From: a virus
Lineage: Duplodnaviria; Caudoviricetes
Virus record (IMG/VR): IMGVR_UViG_3300021964_000059
Coordinates: 1-63,331 of that record
DNA: 63,331 nucleotides
Direction: 5' to 3' (one strand)
In this document: positions 56,955 through 63,331 of the stretch, one piece after another
How the letters are laid out: each line of letters starts with the position of its first letter
How positions within the stretch are numbered: position 1 is the first letter of the stretch
Made by a program: the position numbers and the translations under genes
The notes under the pieces: model-generated
What the model saw: only the letters and a program-made list of their open reading frames with translations
Database searches by the model: none
What the model was told of the DNA's origin: nothing

Positions 56955-57461
56955 CTATTTATACTTTAAGGCCTCTTCGAGCTGAACAAATAGGTACTCT
57001 TCCAAATCATCTTCATTAGCTTGATAGCGAATACCAATACCACCAGCATCGTTCCAACGCTTGATGTTGTCTGGTTTATCATCAATCAAAATGTTTGGAA
57101 GACCAGTAATACTTGAAGTTGCATACTTATGTTTGTTACTAGTAAAAATGCATTTTGAAACAGCTGGCATATACCCATTCTTTTCTAACCAGCGCCGCTT
57201 GTGGTAAGTTGAGTTTGCATAATCGTTACGAATCGGGGATGAACAAATACCCCAGTCTCCGTTGGACAACTCCCGAACAAAAGCAATCAATTGATCAGAC
57301 GTTTCGAATTTTTCTAAATTCTGAAAGAAGTCTGTATTACGAAGATCGATGATTCGCTCATCCACATCAAAAATATCTTTCCAGTGAAATGCCTTGAACT
57401 TCCGCTCTAAGCCACCAAAGAAGTCAGCGATGACTCCATCCATATCCACATATATTGTCAT
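56955..57461 (-). CDS. 5'(3')-deoxyribonucleotidase-like HAD protein (NT5C)
   Basis: IYVDMDGVIADF, ICSSP, K..W, LIDD.P.NI..W...GG.GI. Confidence 0.8.
   Translation of the reverse strand: MTIYVDMDGVIADFFGGLERKFKAFHWKDIFDVDERIIDLRNTDFFQNLEKFETSDQLIAFVRELSNGDWGICSSPIRNDYANSTYHKRRWLEKNGYMPAVSKCIFTSNKHKYATSSITGLPNILIDDKPDNIKRWNDAGGIGIRYQANEDDLEEYLFVQLEEALKYK
56956..56963 (-). promoter_or_regulatory. T4-type late promoter TATAAATA heading the glycan cluster
   Basis: Exact motif overlapping the nucleotidase stop, 22 nt before the 56933 ATG. Confidence 0.65.
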
Positions 57462-57847
57462 TATTCCTCTCTTATCCATACTGAATCGGTAGCCAATCGA
57501 AAGCTACCGAGAAATTCAAAATTGTAACTTGGGCCCCATTCATCGGGCCCGACCATACTTACCCACGTCTCTCCATCATCTTTCTGATATAGATGATATG
57601 TCCTACCAACAATAGGACTAAATCGAATCGATGCACTATAGATTAATTCATTGTCAGCCGCAGTCACAACAAGTTTTTTAAACTCAGCTTCCAGCTCTTC
57701 GTACTTAGACTTAAGCTTGTTCTGTGCTTCTTTGACCTTGACTTCGCGATAGTCTTTTGTATCCGGAAGAGTGATAGCCGGAGCGGCAACATTATCTCCG
57801 TACGGCATTGTCATTTTATTATCTGCTACGCGATCAGGTTTTCTCAA
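57461..57847 (-). CDS. DUF2452-like protein
   Basis: PYG....AP.I, IYSA...F.PIVG.TYHLY, P.EW. Confidence 0.65.
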   Translation of the reverse strand: MRKPDRVADNKMTMPYGDNVAAPAITLPDTKDYREVKVKEAQNKLKSKYEELEAEFKKLVVTAADNELIYSASIRFSPIVGRTYHLYQKDDGETWVSMVGPDEWGPSYNFEFLGSFRLATDSVWIREE

Positions 57848-58110
57848 AATACATACCTCAATAGTGCCGTGAATAACATGAAACCCATTACTGAGTTAAG
57901 AAGAATCAAGGCTCGATCTTTCCAAGCAAGTGAAACATATAACCAACCCGTAGTCCCGATCCAGGAGAATAAGACATCATAGATTCGGGGAATCTCTTCA
58001 ACGGATCGACATGATACTGCAATCAAAACAAATACGGTTGAGATCCACTTAATATAGTAGACCCAACCTGTTGTCTTAATTAGTGTTATATCATCAGACA
58101 GCTTTTTCAA
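57844..58110 (-). CDS. Small three-TM membrane protein
   Basis: KWIST...GW..V...WKDRALILLN; TTG start after GAGG. Confidence 0.6.
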   Translation of the reverse strand: MKKLSDDITLIKTTGWVYYIKWISTVFVLIAVSCRSVEEIPRIYDVLFSWIGTTGWLYVSLAWKDRALILLNSVMGFMLFTALLRYVF

Positions 58111-58318
58111 GGACTGACCCCTCAAGCTCTTTGATCCGCTTTGTAACCTCAATCTCTGAAATAATACTCATCTGACGAATAAAATCCATCTTTGCTGAGT
58201 GATAAGAATCCATGAACTGCTCAAGACGCTCTTTATCGGCAGTCGACAAATAACGTGAACGCTGAAGATACAAAAACTTGTTTACCATATTGTCTTCATC
58301 AAATCCAAAATTACTCAT
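58094..58318 (-). CDS. Hypothetical protein
   Basis: 74 aa, GAGGAG RBS. Confidence 0.65.
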   Translation of the reverse strand: MSNFGFDEDNMVNKFLYLQRSRYLSTADKERLEQFMDSYHSAKMDFIRQMSIISEIEVTKRIKELEGSVLEKAV

Positions 58319-58329
58319 AATCTATCTCC

Positions 58330-58524
58330 TCAATCATACTGAGCCATGTACATTTCACCGTAGGCTTCCTCAGCCAAAGCGCGCTGCTCCAAGCGATCTT
58401 CAAACTCTGTGATTTCATCACAAACTGCGGAAAGCAGAGCTCGGACTGTAGAACGATCTACAACCTCATTGGCCAAGATCTTTGATAGTTCACCGCGAAG
58501 TGCATAAATATCGTTAATGTGCAT
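58330..58524 (-). CDS. Early hypothetical protein
   Basis: MHINDIYALR; follows GAGGAG and early promoter. Confidence 0.6.
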   Translation of the reverse strand: MHINDIYALRGELSKILANEVVDRSTVRALLSAVCDEITEFEDRLEQRALAEEAYGEMYMAQYD

Positions 58525-58529
58525 ATCAA

Positions 58530-58580
58530 TCTCCTCATTCAATATAGACATTATCCTTTATTCTGAGGGAAAGTAAACAC
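58530..58580 (-). promoter_or_regulatory. Early-type promoter with related leader
   Basis: GTTTAC-N17-GATAAT-GTCTATATTGAATGAGGAGA. Confidence 0.7.
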
Positions 58581-58623
58581 CTTTTTGGATAAAAAATAAT
58601 TTAATTATATGAAGAGGTTATTA

Positions 58624-58893
58624 CTAACTTCTATAAATTTTCTGCAGGTGTGTCTCAAACTGCTCAACCTTTTCGATTCGGTTAGGCCAGTAGATGTATT
58701 CCTTCTCTGGGTTTGCCTTGAGATTATTGAGGAGTGGAGTGATTGCATTATAGAGATTATTTAATTTTTCTTGGGTAGCTTCAATTCCTGAACCAAGCCG
58801 TTCAGCCTGTGTTTGAGCTTGTTGTACTGCCTCGAGCTCGGTCTCGTCAACAGCTGTGAAACCAAAGTCAAAGTCTGGGTCTAAGTTGGCCAA
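58624..58893 (-). CDS. Conserved-type hypothetical protein
   Basis: FDFGFTAVDE...PLLNNLK.NPEKEYIYWPNR. Confidence 0.7.
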   Translation of the reverse strand: MANLDPDFDFGFTAVDETELEAVQQAQTQAERLGSGIEATQEKLNNLYNAITPLLNNLKANPEKEYIYWPNRIEKVEQFETHLQKIYRS

Positions 58894-59552
58894 AACTGCC
58901 TCCTTTTATATTCATTAATTGTGTCATGTAACATGGTCGTCCAGTTATCCCTGTGTTCTTTAAACACCAGAGGCTCGTGACCATCGACATCCATGACAAC
59001 AACAAGGTTAGTTATAGCCTTGCCTGTACGTTCTTCGAACATAATTGCATAAGCTGCCATCTGACAGAAATAGTTTGTAATCTTTTCTTTCTGCTTAGGG
59101 TATTTACTTGTCTTCCAGTCAACGATTGATGTTACACCATCGAATTCAGCAATACAATCGCAACGCCCAGCCAGACCCAAGTACTCACTATATAAAGGAA
59201 CTTCAATCCCAAAGATACGTCCAATCCTGGAGTCCAGGATCGGCTCAACATTGGCCAAACTTTGTCTGATATGCGGTAGATATTCTGACGTATCTTTTCC
59301 ATTCAAATAATCCTCAATGATTGAATGTACTAATGTCCCTCTCTGAGAGGCACGACCACTTACCCGATTCGCTTCTTCATCACCAACTCGCTTACGCCAG
59401 GCCTGAATGACATCTTCGGTTAATATACTCAGGACAGTAGTGACACTAGGAAAACTACCGCCAGGAGTCCTATATAGTCGACCAGAGGAGGTAGTCTCAG
59501 CATCCAAGTCGCTATATCCGAGCTCAATTGTTTCATGAATAAACTCCTTCAT
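58881..59552 (-). CDS. PD-(D/E)XK exonuclease
   Basis: GRLY.TP...PSVTTVL, RGT.VH, AGRCDCIA, IVDWKTS, Q..AYA.M..E. Confidence 0.85.
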   Translation of the reverse strand: MKEFIHETIELGYSDLDAETTSSGRLYRTPGGSFPSVTTVLSILTEDVIQAWRKRVGDEEANRVSGRASQRGTLVHSIIEDYLNGKDTSEYLPHIRQSLANVEPILDSRIGRIFGIEVPLYSEYLGLAGRCDCIAEFDGVTSIVDWKTSKYPKQKEKITNYFCQMAAYAIMFEERTGKAITNLVVVMDVDGHEPLVFKEHRDNWTTMLHDTINEYKRRQFWPT

Positions 59553-59559
59553 ATTTATA
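59552..59559 (-). promoter_or_regulatory. TATAAATA motif immediately before exonuclease ATG
   Basis: Exact motif but abuts the start codon, so may be fortuitous. Confidence 0.3.
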
Positions 59560-59788
59560 CCTTGATCGTGTTTCCTCGACCACTTCCTTTCTTAATATTT
59601 TTTAAATGATCTTGCCAATCCCCACCAGCCCTTGTCAAGGTGCTTTTTGTGTCTGAGATTGGATTTAATGGTTGCAGTTGAATTTTCAGCTGAGGATTAT
59701 CTTTCTTAAATTGATCAAGTTCAGCTATCTTCATAATATGCTCTTCCATCTGATCAGTCACTGTATCTCTAAAAACGTATGTCGGCAT
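59555..59788 (-). CDS. FmdB-like small hypothetical protein
   Basis: MPTY.F.D..T...E...M.I.E...F...NP. Confidence 0.65.
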   Translation of the reverse strand: MPTYVFRDTVTDQMEEHIMKIAELDQFKKDNPQLKIQLQPLNPISDTKSTLTRAGGDWQDHLKNIKKGSGRGNTIKV

Positions 59789-60003
59789 TATTTCTTCTCA
59801 GGGAGCTCCCATCTTATTTGTTCTTCCAGTGCATATCGTGACCCATCGATATAATCTTTATCTTCGTCACTCAACACTGACCAAAATTTACTGACAGAAT
59901 ATATATGTTCTGCAACTTCAGCTGGGCGCTCAAGGTGTACATTACTCTCCATCATTTCCTGAAGTTTGTCCATACGTTGATTAATCTTATCTTTGATAGC
60001 CAT
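59788..60003 (-). CDS. Hypothetical protein
   Basis: 71 aa coupled ORF. Confidence 0.65.
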   Translation of the reverse strand: MAIKDKINQRMDKLQEMMESNVHLERPAEVAEHIYSVSKFWSVLSDEDKDYIDGSRYALEEQIRWELPEKK

Positions 60004-60006
60004 AAT

Positions 60007-60423
60007 CTATTCCGGGAGCAATCCAGGAAAAGCTTCATTAACAATTGGCTTTGTCAATCCTTTTGGTGTCTTTTTATTGATCATGTCAATCACAAGTCTG
60101 GCATCATCCGGATGAATTGATTCCAACATCCCAATGAAAATATTTTCTCTTTTATACGAGGGCAAATCTTTTCCTTTACCACCTTTAACAAAATATGCAA
60201 ATTTTGTATTTTCTCGCATCAGATTAGTTGGTGTTGATTCAATCGGACAGGCTGTATAAGGTGGTTCACCTCCCGGGAGTAACCAAACAACCCTCGAGTC
60301 CATTGAACCACGAATAATATCTTTTAGTGCCCACGACTCATTATTCTTCAAGATTTCAACTTTATCTTTCTTTGACTTCTTTTTGGCTACCTCTTCCAGT
60401 ACCTCAAACACAAATTTAGCCAT
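60007..60423 (-). CDS. Conserved-type hypothetical protein (follows rnh)
   Basis: WLLP.G.PPY, KRE..FI.MLE.IHP.DA, V.EAFP.L. Confidence 0.7.
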   Translation of the reverse strand: MAKFVFEVLEEVAKKKSKKDKVEILKNNESWALKDIIRGSMDSRVVWLLPGGEPPYTACPIESTPTNLMRENTKFAYFVKGGKGKDLPSYKRENIFIGMLESIHPDDARLVIDMINKKTPKGLTKPIVNEAFPGLLPE

Positions 60424-61271
60424 TAAATAAACTCCTCAATGCATTCAATTAACATTTTACACTTTTTACTTATTAAGTAGGGAAGGACCTTGCCCCTATT
60501 TCCCCATGGATCCTGAGCCTGATACGACTCGAGAATTTTCTCTTTCAAATGCTGTGGTGTCTTTGTAAGATCAATCAGCATTTCATTTCGTTGCCAGTTT
60601 CTGTACCATGGTGGTAATTCTGAACTGGGGGAGTCGAAATAATTAAGTACTTCGACGACCTTTTTCTTTGATGCCGGTGTTTGTCTAAGTCCCTCGACAA
60701 ATACGTTATCATCGGAAAAGATATTAGGAACTCCATCTCCTGTATCACCTTTGATAATTTTTTCAGCAAGATGCAATCGAGGATGGTTTTCAACAACAAA
60801 CTTTTTCAATAAAGGAGAGAATTGTTTAACATTCTCATATCGTTGCAGTTGTTTGAAGTCCCCGTCCGCTGATACAATCATTACTGGTTCAAAGTTACCA
60901 AACTCCTGTGTGTTCTGTACCAATGTTCCAATAATATCATCCGCCTCACAGCCTTCTTCGTGGATCACTTTATATGGAAAGTTTTCGAGCAGCTCATCTC
61001 TCATCAAGTTGAGAATGCGGAAAGCCTCATTCCAATCAAAGTCGGATTTATCACGAGTTTTACGACGATTGGCCTTGTATTGTGGAAATGCACCTCGGCG
61101 CCAGTTATTAGCACCATCTGCAGTAATAATAACTTCTCCATATTCTTTATGGAACTTTGATCTATACATACGTATAGAGTTTAGAATCATATGACGAATC
61201 ATATCTTCATCTAGTGTTTTCTGTGCTACGATTGATCCTAACGCGATACCGGAATAGTCAATCAAAATCAT
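60423..61271 (-). CDS. rnh: RNase H / 5'-3' exonuclease
   Basis: MILID, NWRR..FP.YKANR, EADDIIG, S.DGDF.QLQ, GD.GDGVPN. Confidence 0.9.
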   Translation of the reverse strand: MILIDYSGIALGSIVAQKTLDEDMIRHMILNSIRMYRSKFHKEYGEVIITADGANNWRRGAFPQYKANRRKTRDKSDFDWNEAFRILNLMRDELLENFPYKVIHEEGCEADDIIGTLVQNTQEFGNFEPVMIVSADGDFKQLQRYENVKQFSPLLKKFVVENHPRLHLAEKIIKGDTGDGVPNIFSDDNVFVEGLRQTPASKKKVVEVLNYFDSPSSELPPWYRNWQRNEMLIDLTKTPQHLKEKILESYQAQDPWGNRGKVLPYLISKKCKMLIECIEEFI

Positions 61272-61301
61272 AATATTATCCTTTCCCCGAATGGCTCATC
61301 T

Positions 61302-61331
61302 ATTATACATCATTAAATCGGAATAGTAAAC
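61302..61331 (-). promoter_or_regulatory. Early/middle-type promoter for rnh
   Basis: GTTTAC-N18-TATAAT. Confidence 0.65.
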
Positions 61332-61733
61332 TTATTTCTTCAAATGGGACGCATGGATTTTACAACCGATAAATGCATTGTAGTATTGATCAGAAAGTAA
61401 GACATCGTGTTCGAATTGAAGCTTGGCTTCATAGTAAGAGCACTCACCTTTGGTACGACAAAGCTTTAAGATTTCACGTTTATAGTTAGATTGACCCTTG
61501 GATTCAACTAGTCGTTGTACTTCAATATTGGATCCAAAGTAGTCGCGCCAATCAGACTCTGTACGAGTCTTTACTCTGCGTCTGCGGGATTTTGTGACAG
61601 GTAAGGTCTTGGGCCGCCAGAAGAATTTCTTGCCAATATATTTCTTACCAGTATCAAGTTCTGTAATTTGATACACAAACCCCTGATATTCATCAGGGGT
61701 CTCTGTAAACGGTTCATTGTTGTATGTCCACAT
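61332..61733 (-). CDS. GIY-YIG (Seg-like) nuclease, short form
   Basis: GFVYQIT...KKYIGKK, W..Y.GS, REIL, YYN; start MWTYN at 61733. Confidence 0.75.
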   Translation of the reverse strand: MWTYNNEPFTETPDEYQGFVYQITELDTGKKYIGKKFFWRPKTLPVTKSRRRRVKTRTESDWRDYFGSNIEVQRLVESKGQSNYKREILKLCRTKGECSYYEAKLQFEHDVLLSDQYYNAFIGCKIHASHLKK

Positions 61734-61737
61734 ACAT

Positions 61738-61878
61738 TTATATATCATCCCCTTCGGATACGTCCTCTGGTTCCGCACGTCGCCCACAACACGGACAAAA
61801 CTCGACCACAACATACTCCTCAACGACAAGATGTGTTTCCATATCACATTCTTCACACATAATCCTCAATTGCTTCAT
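61738..61878 (-). CDS. 46-aa zinc-ribbon protein (missed by ORF track)
   Basis: MKQLRIMCEECD...FCPCCG...; ATGA-coupled to nrdB stop. Confidence 0.65.
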   Translation of the reverse strand: MKQLRIMCEECDMETHLVVEEYVVVEFCPCCGRRAEPEDVSEGDDI

Positions 61879-62834
61879 GCAGCTTCCCAGCCCCAGTCGC
61901 CTTCCATACCGACGACAGAGTATTCGGTGACACGCTTTTCAAAGAAGTTATCATGGGATGCACCGTTGAGTACCCAATCTAACCAAGGGAGTGGATTATC
62001 CTTCTGCTTGAACTTTGGCTTCATACCGAGTTGAAGTAAACGTCGATCAGCAATGTGACGGATGTAAAGCTTGACCTCGTCTTTAGTTAATCCTTGGACC
62101 TCATTAAATCCATTGAATGCTAGATCAATAAACTTATCTTCAAGTCTAACCGAATCCTTTGCCATCTGATAGATTTTAGATTTTAACTCATCATTGACAA
62201 TCCGCGGGTGTTCTTCTACAAATGTACGGAATAACTTTGCGTTACCTTGTACATGTAATGTCTCATCACGAATTGACCATTCAACAATTGTACCCATGCC
62301 TTTCATCTTACCGAAACGTTGGAAATTCAACAACATTACAAATGATGCAAACAACGACATCCCTTCATTAAACACAGACTGCGCTAGAGCGAGAGCAAGC
62401 CCTGTATGAGAGCTAGTATCCCCAGTAGACATAAAATCGATTTTATCAGCCATAGCTTTGTATTCCAGGAACGCATGGTATTCCTCGTCCGGTAACCCAA
62501 GTGTATCGTTAAGTAACGCATAGGCCCTTTGATGAACTCCCTCTCTGTTTGCAAACGATGATAACATATTACGGATTTCATTATTCTTAAATTTAGGAAT
62601 CAATAACTCATGATAATTCTCACCGACTTGAACATCCGATTGAGTAAATAGACGAAGAATCTGAGTAATAAACTCCTTCTCCCCATCGTTTAATTTTGTT
62701 CTCCAGTCTTGAACATCATCTGATAATTCAGCTTCATCCTCAATCCAATGAATCTCTTCGTGCTTCTTGGTCAGTTCAACAGCCCAAGGATATACGAATG
62801 GTTTATACGTTTTTGAAATATTTAATAGTGACAT
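61875..62834 (-). CDS. nrdB: Ribonucleotide reductase class Ia beta subunit
   Basis: FTQSD, EGVHQRAY, EGMSLFASF, RDETLH, NFFEKRVTEY. Confidence 0.95.
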   Translation of the reverse strand: MSLLNISKTYKPFVYPWAVELTKKHEEIHWIEDEAELSDDVQDWRTKLNDGEKEFITQILRLFTQSDVQVGENYHELLIPKFKNNEIRNMLSSFANREGVHQRAYALLNDTLGLPDEEYHAFLEYKAMADKIDFMSTGDTSSHTGLALALAQSVFNEGMSLFASFVMLLNFQRFGKMKGMGTIVEWSIRDETLHVQGNAKLFRTFVEEHPRIVNDELKSKIYQMAKDSVRLEDKFIDLAFNGFNEVQGLTKDEVKLYIRHIADRRLLQLGMKPKFKQKDNPLPWLDWVLNGASHDNFFEKRVTEYSVVGMEGDWGWEAA

Positions 62835-62835
62835 G

Positions 62836-63331
62836 TTATCCCTCGCAACTTCTGCATTCTTCTGTTTCTGTCGTAATTGGTTGGTTTAGAAAGGCCATTA
62901 ACTCGTCGTATCCACCAACATAGGTTCCCTCAATATAGATCTGTGGAACTGTCTTGACTTTACGACCCGTCACTTCAGCGGCTGTCTTTCCTATTTCTTC
63001 TAAATCAATATACTCATAATGTACGCCACGCATATCTAGTTCATCTTTTGCTTGAGCACAGAAAGGACAGTTAGCCTTACCATACACCAATGTTCTCATG
63101 TCGTCCTGGAGAGCAACACGTTCAACCTTCTCTGAAACATTCTCTGCTCGAGATTTTGCTTCCGTACGAAGGTAATATAATCCCTTAAGCTTTTCCTTCC
63201 ATGCTTTAAGGTGTACCTTATTAACGTAAGATTTTTCTGCACCCGACGGGAAGAAGAGATTAACCGACTGGCCCTGGCAGATAAACGGTTGTCGATCTGC
63301 TGCATGTTGCACAACCCAGTTTTGATCCAGC
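62836..63331 (-). CDS. nrdA: Ribonucleotide reductase alpha subunit C-terminus with fused glutaredoxin (partial)
   Basis: LDQNWVVQHAADRQPFICQGQSVNLFF, LKGLYYLR, then CPFC...TVPQI...GGYDEL and terminal CRSCEG. Confidence 0.9.
   Translation of the reverse strand, partial: LDQNWVVQHAADRQPFICQGQSVNLFFPSGAEKSYVNKVHLKAWKEKLKGLYYLRTEAKSRAENVSEKVERVALQDDMRTLVYGKANCPFCAQAKDELDMRGVHYEYIDLEEIGKTAAEVTGRKVKTVPQIYIEGTYVGGYDELMAFLNQPITTETEECRSCEG

Noticed and set aside
58881-59552. Cas4 indicating a CRISPR-related system
   Set aside because: PD-(D/E)XK exonuclease lacking an evident Fe-S cysteine set; no array or other cas genes.
61332-62834. Intron or intron-encoded homing endonuclease in nrdB
   Set aside because: nrdB is uninterrupted; the GIY-YIG gene is free-standing and short.
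658-63314. Numerous 60-147 aa antisense or out-of-frame ORFs in the track (e.g. 21488-21898, 12615-13040, 60751-61194)
   Set aside because: They lie wholly over well-supported genes and show no RBS or recognisable motifs; treated as shadow ORFs.

Overview
63 kb segment of a large T4-like (Tevenvirinae/Kyanoviridae-style, probably marine) myovirus genome. 1-39169 holds the tail fibre, baseplate and tail module (gp8, gp9/10-like, gp7-like, gp6, gp25, gp5, gp27-like, gp53, gp48, gp4, gp2, gp54-like, gp26, tape measure). It is interrupted by an inverted 11-gene modification cassette (6979-14367). Next come gp32 and gp33, a cluster of five tRNAs with two intercalated structured ncRNAs, and small early genes behind repeated promoter/leader elements. 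A 14-gene glycan-biosynthesis cluster including sqdB follows (45689-56420), then nucleotide and DNA metabolism genes (NT5C-type nucleotidase, exonuclease, rnh, nrdB, nrdA-glutaredoxin fusion). Main hypothesis: peripheral virion proteins are strongly enriched in an Asp-Ser dipeptide selected at protein level, and both enzyme clusters lie behind late-promoter motifs, suggesting a phage-encoded, sequon-directed virion glycosylation/modification system. Also notable are a probable -1 frameshift fusing gp26 to a start-less ORF just before the tape measure, and an expanded tRNA-like RNA. All calls come from motif recognition by eye; no searches were run and counts are hand counts.
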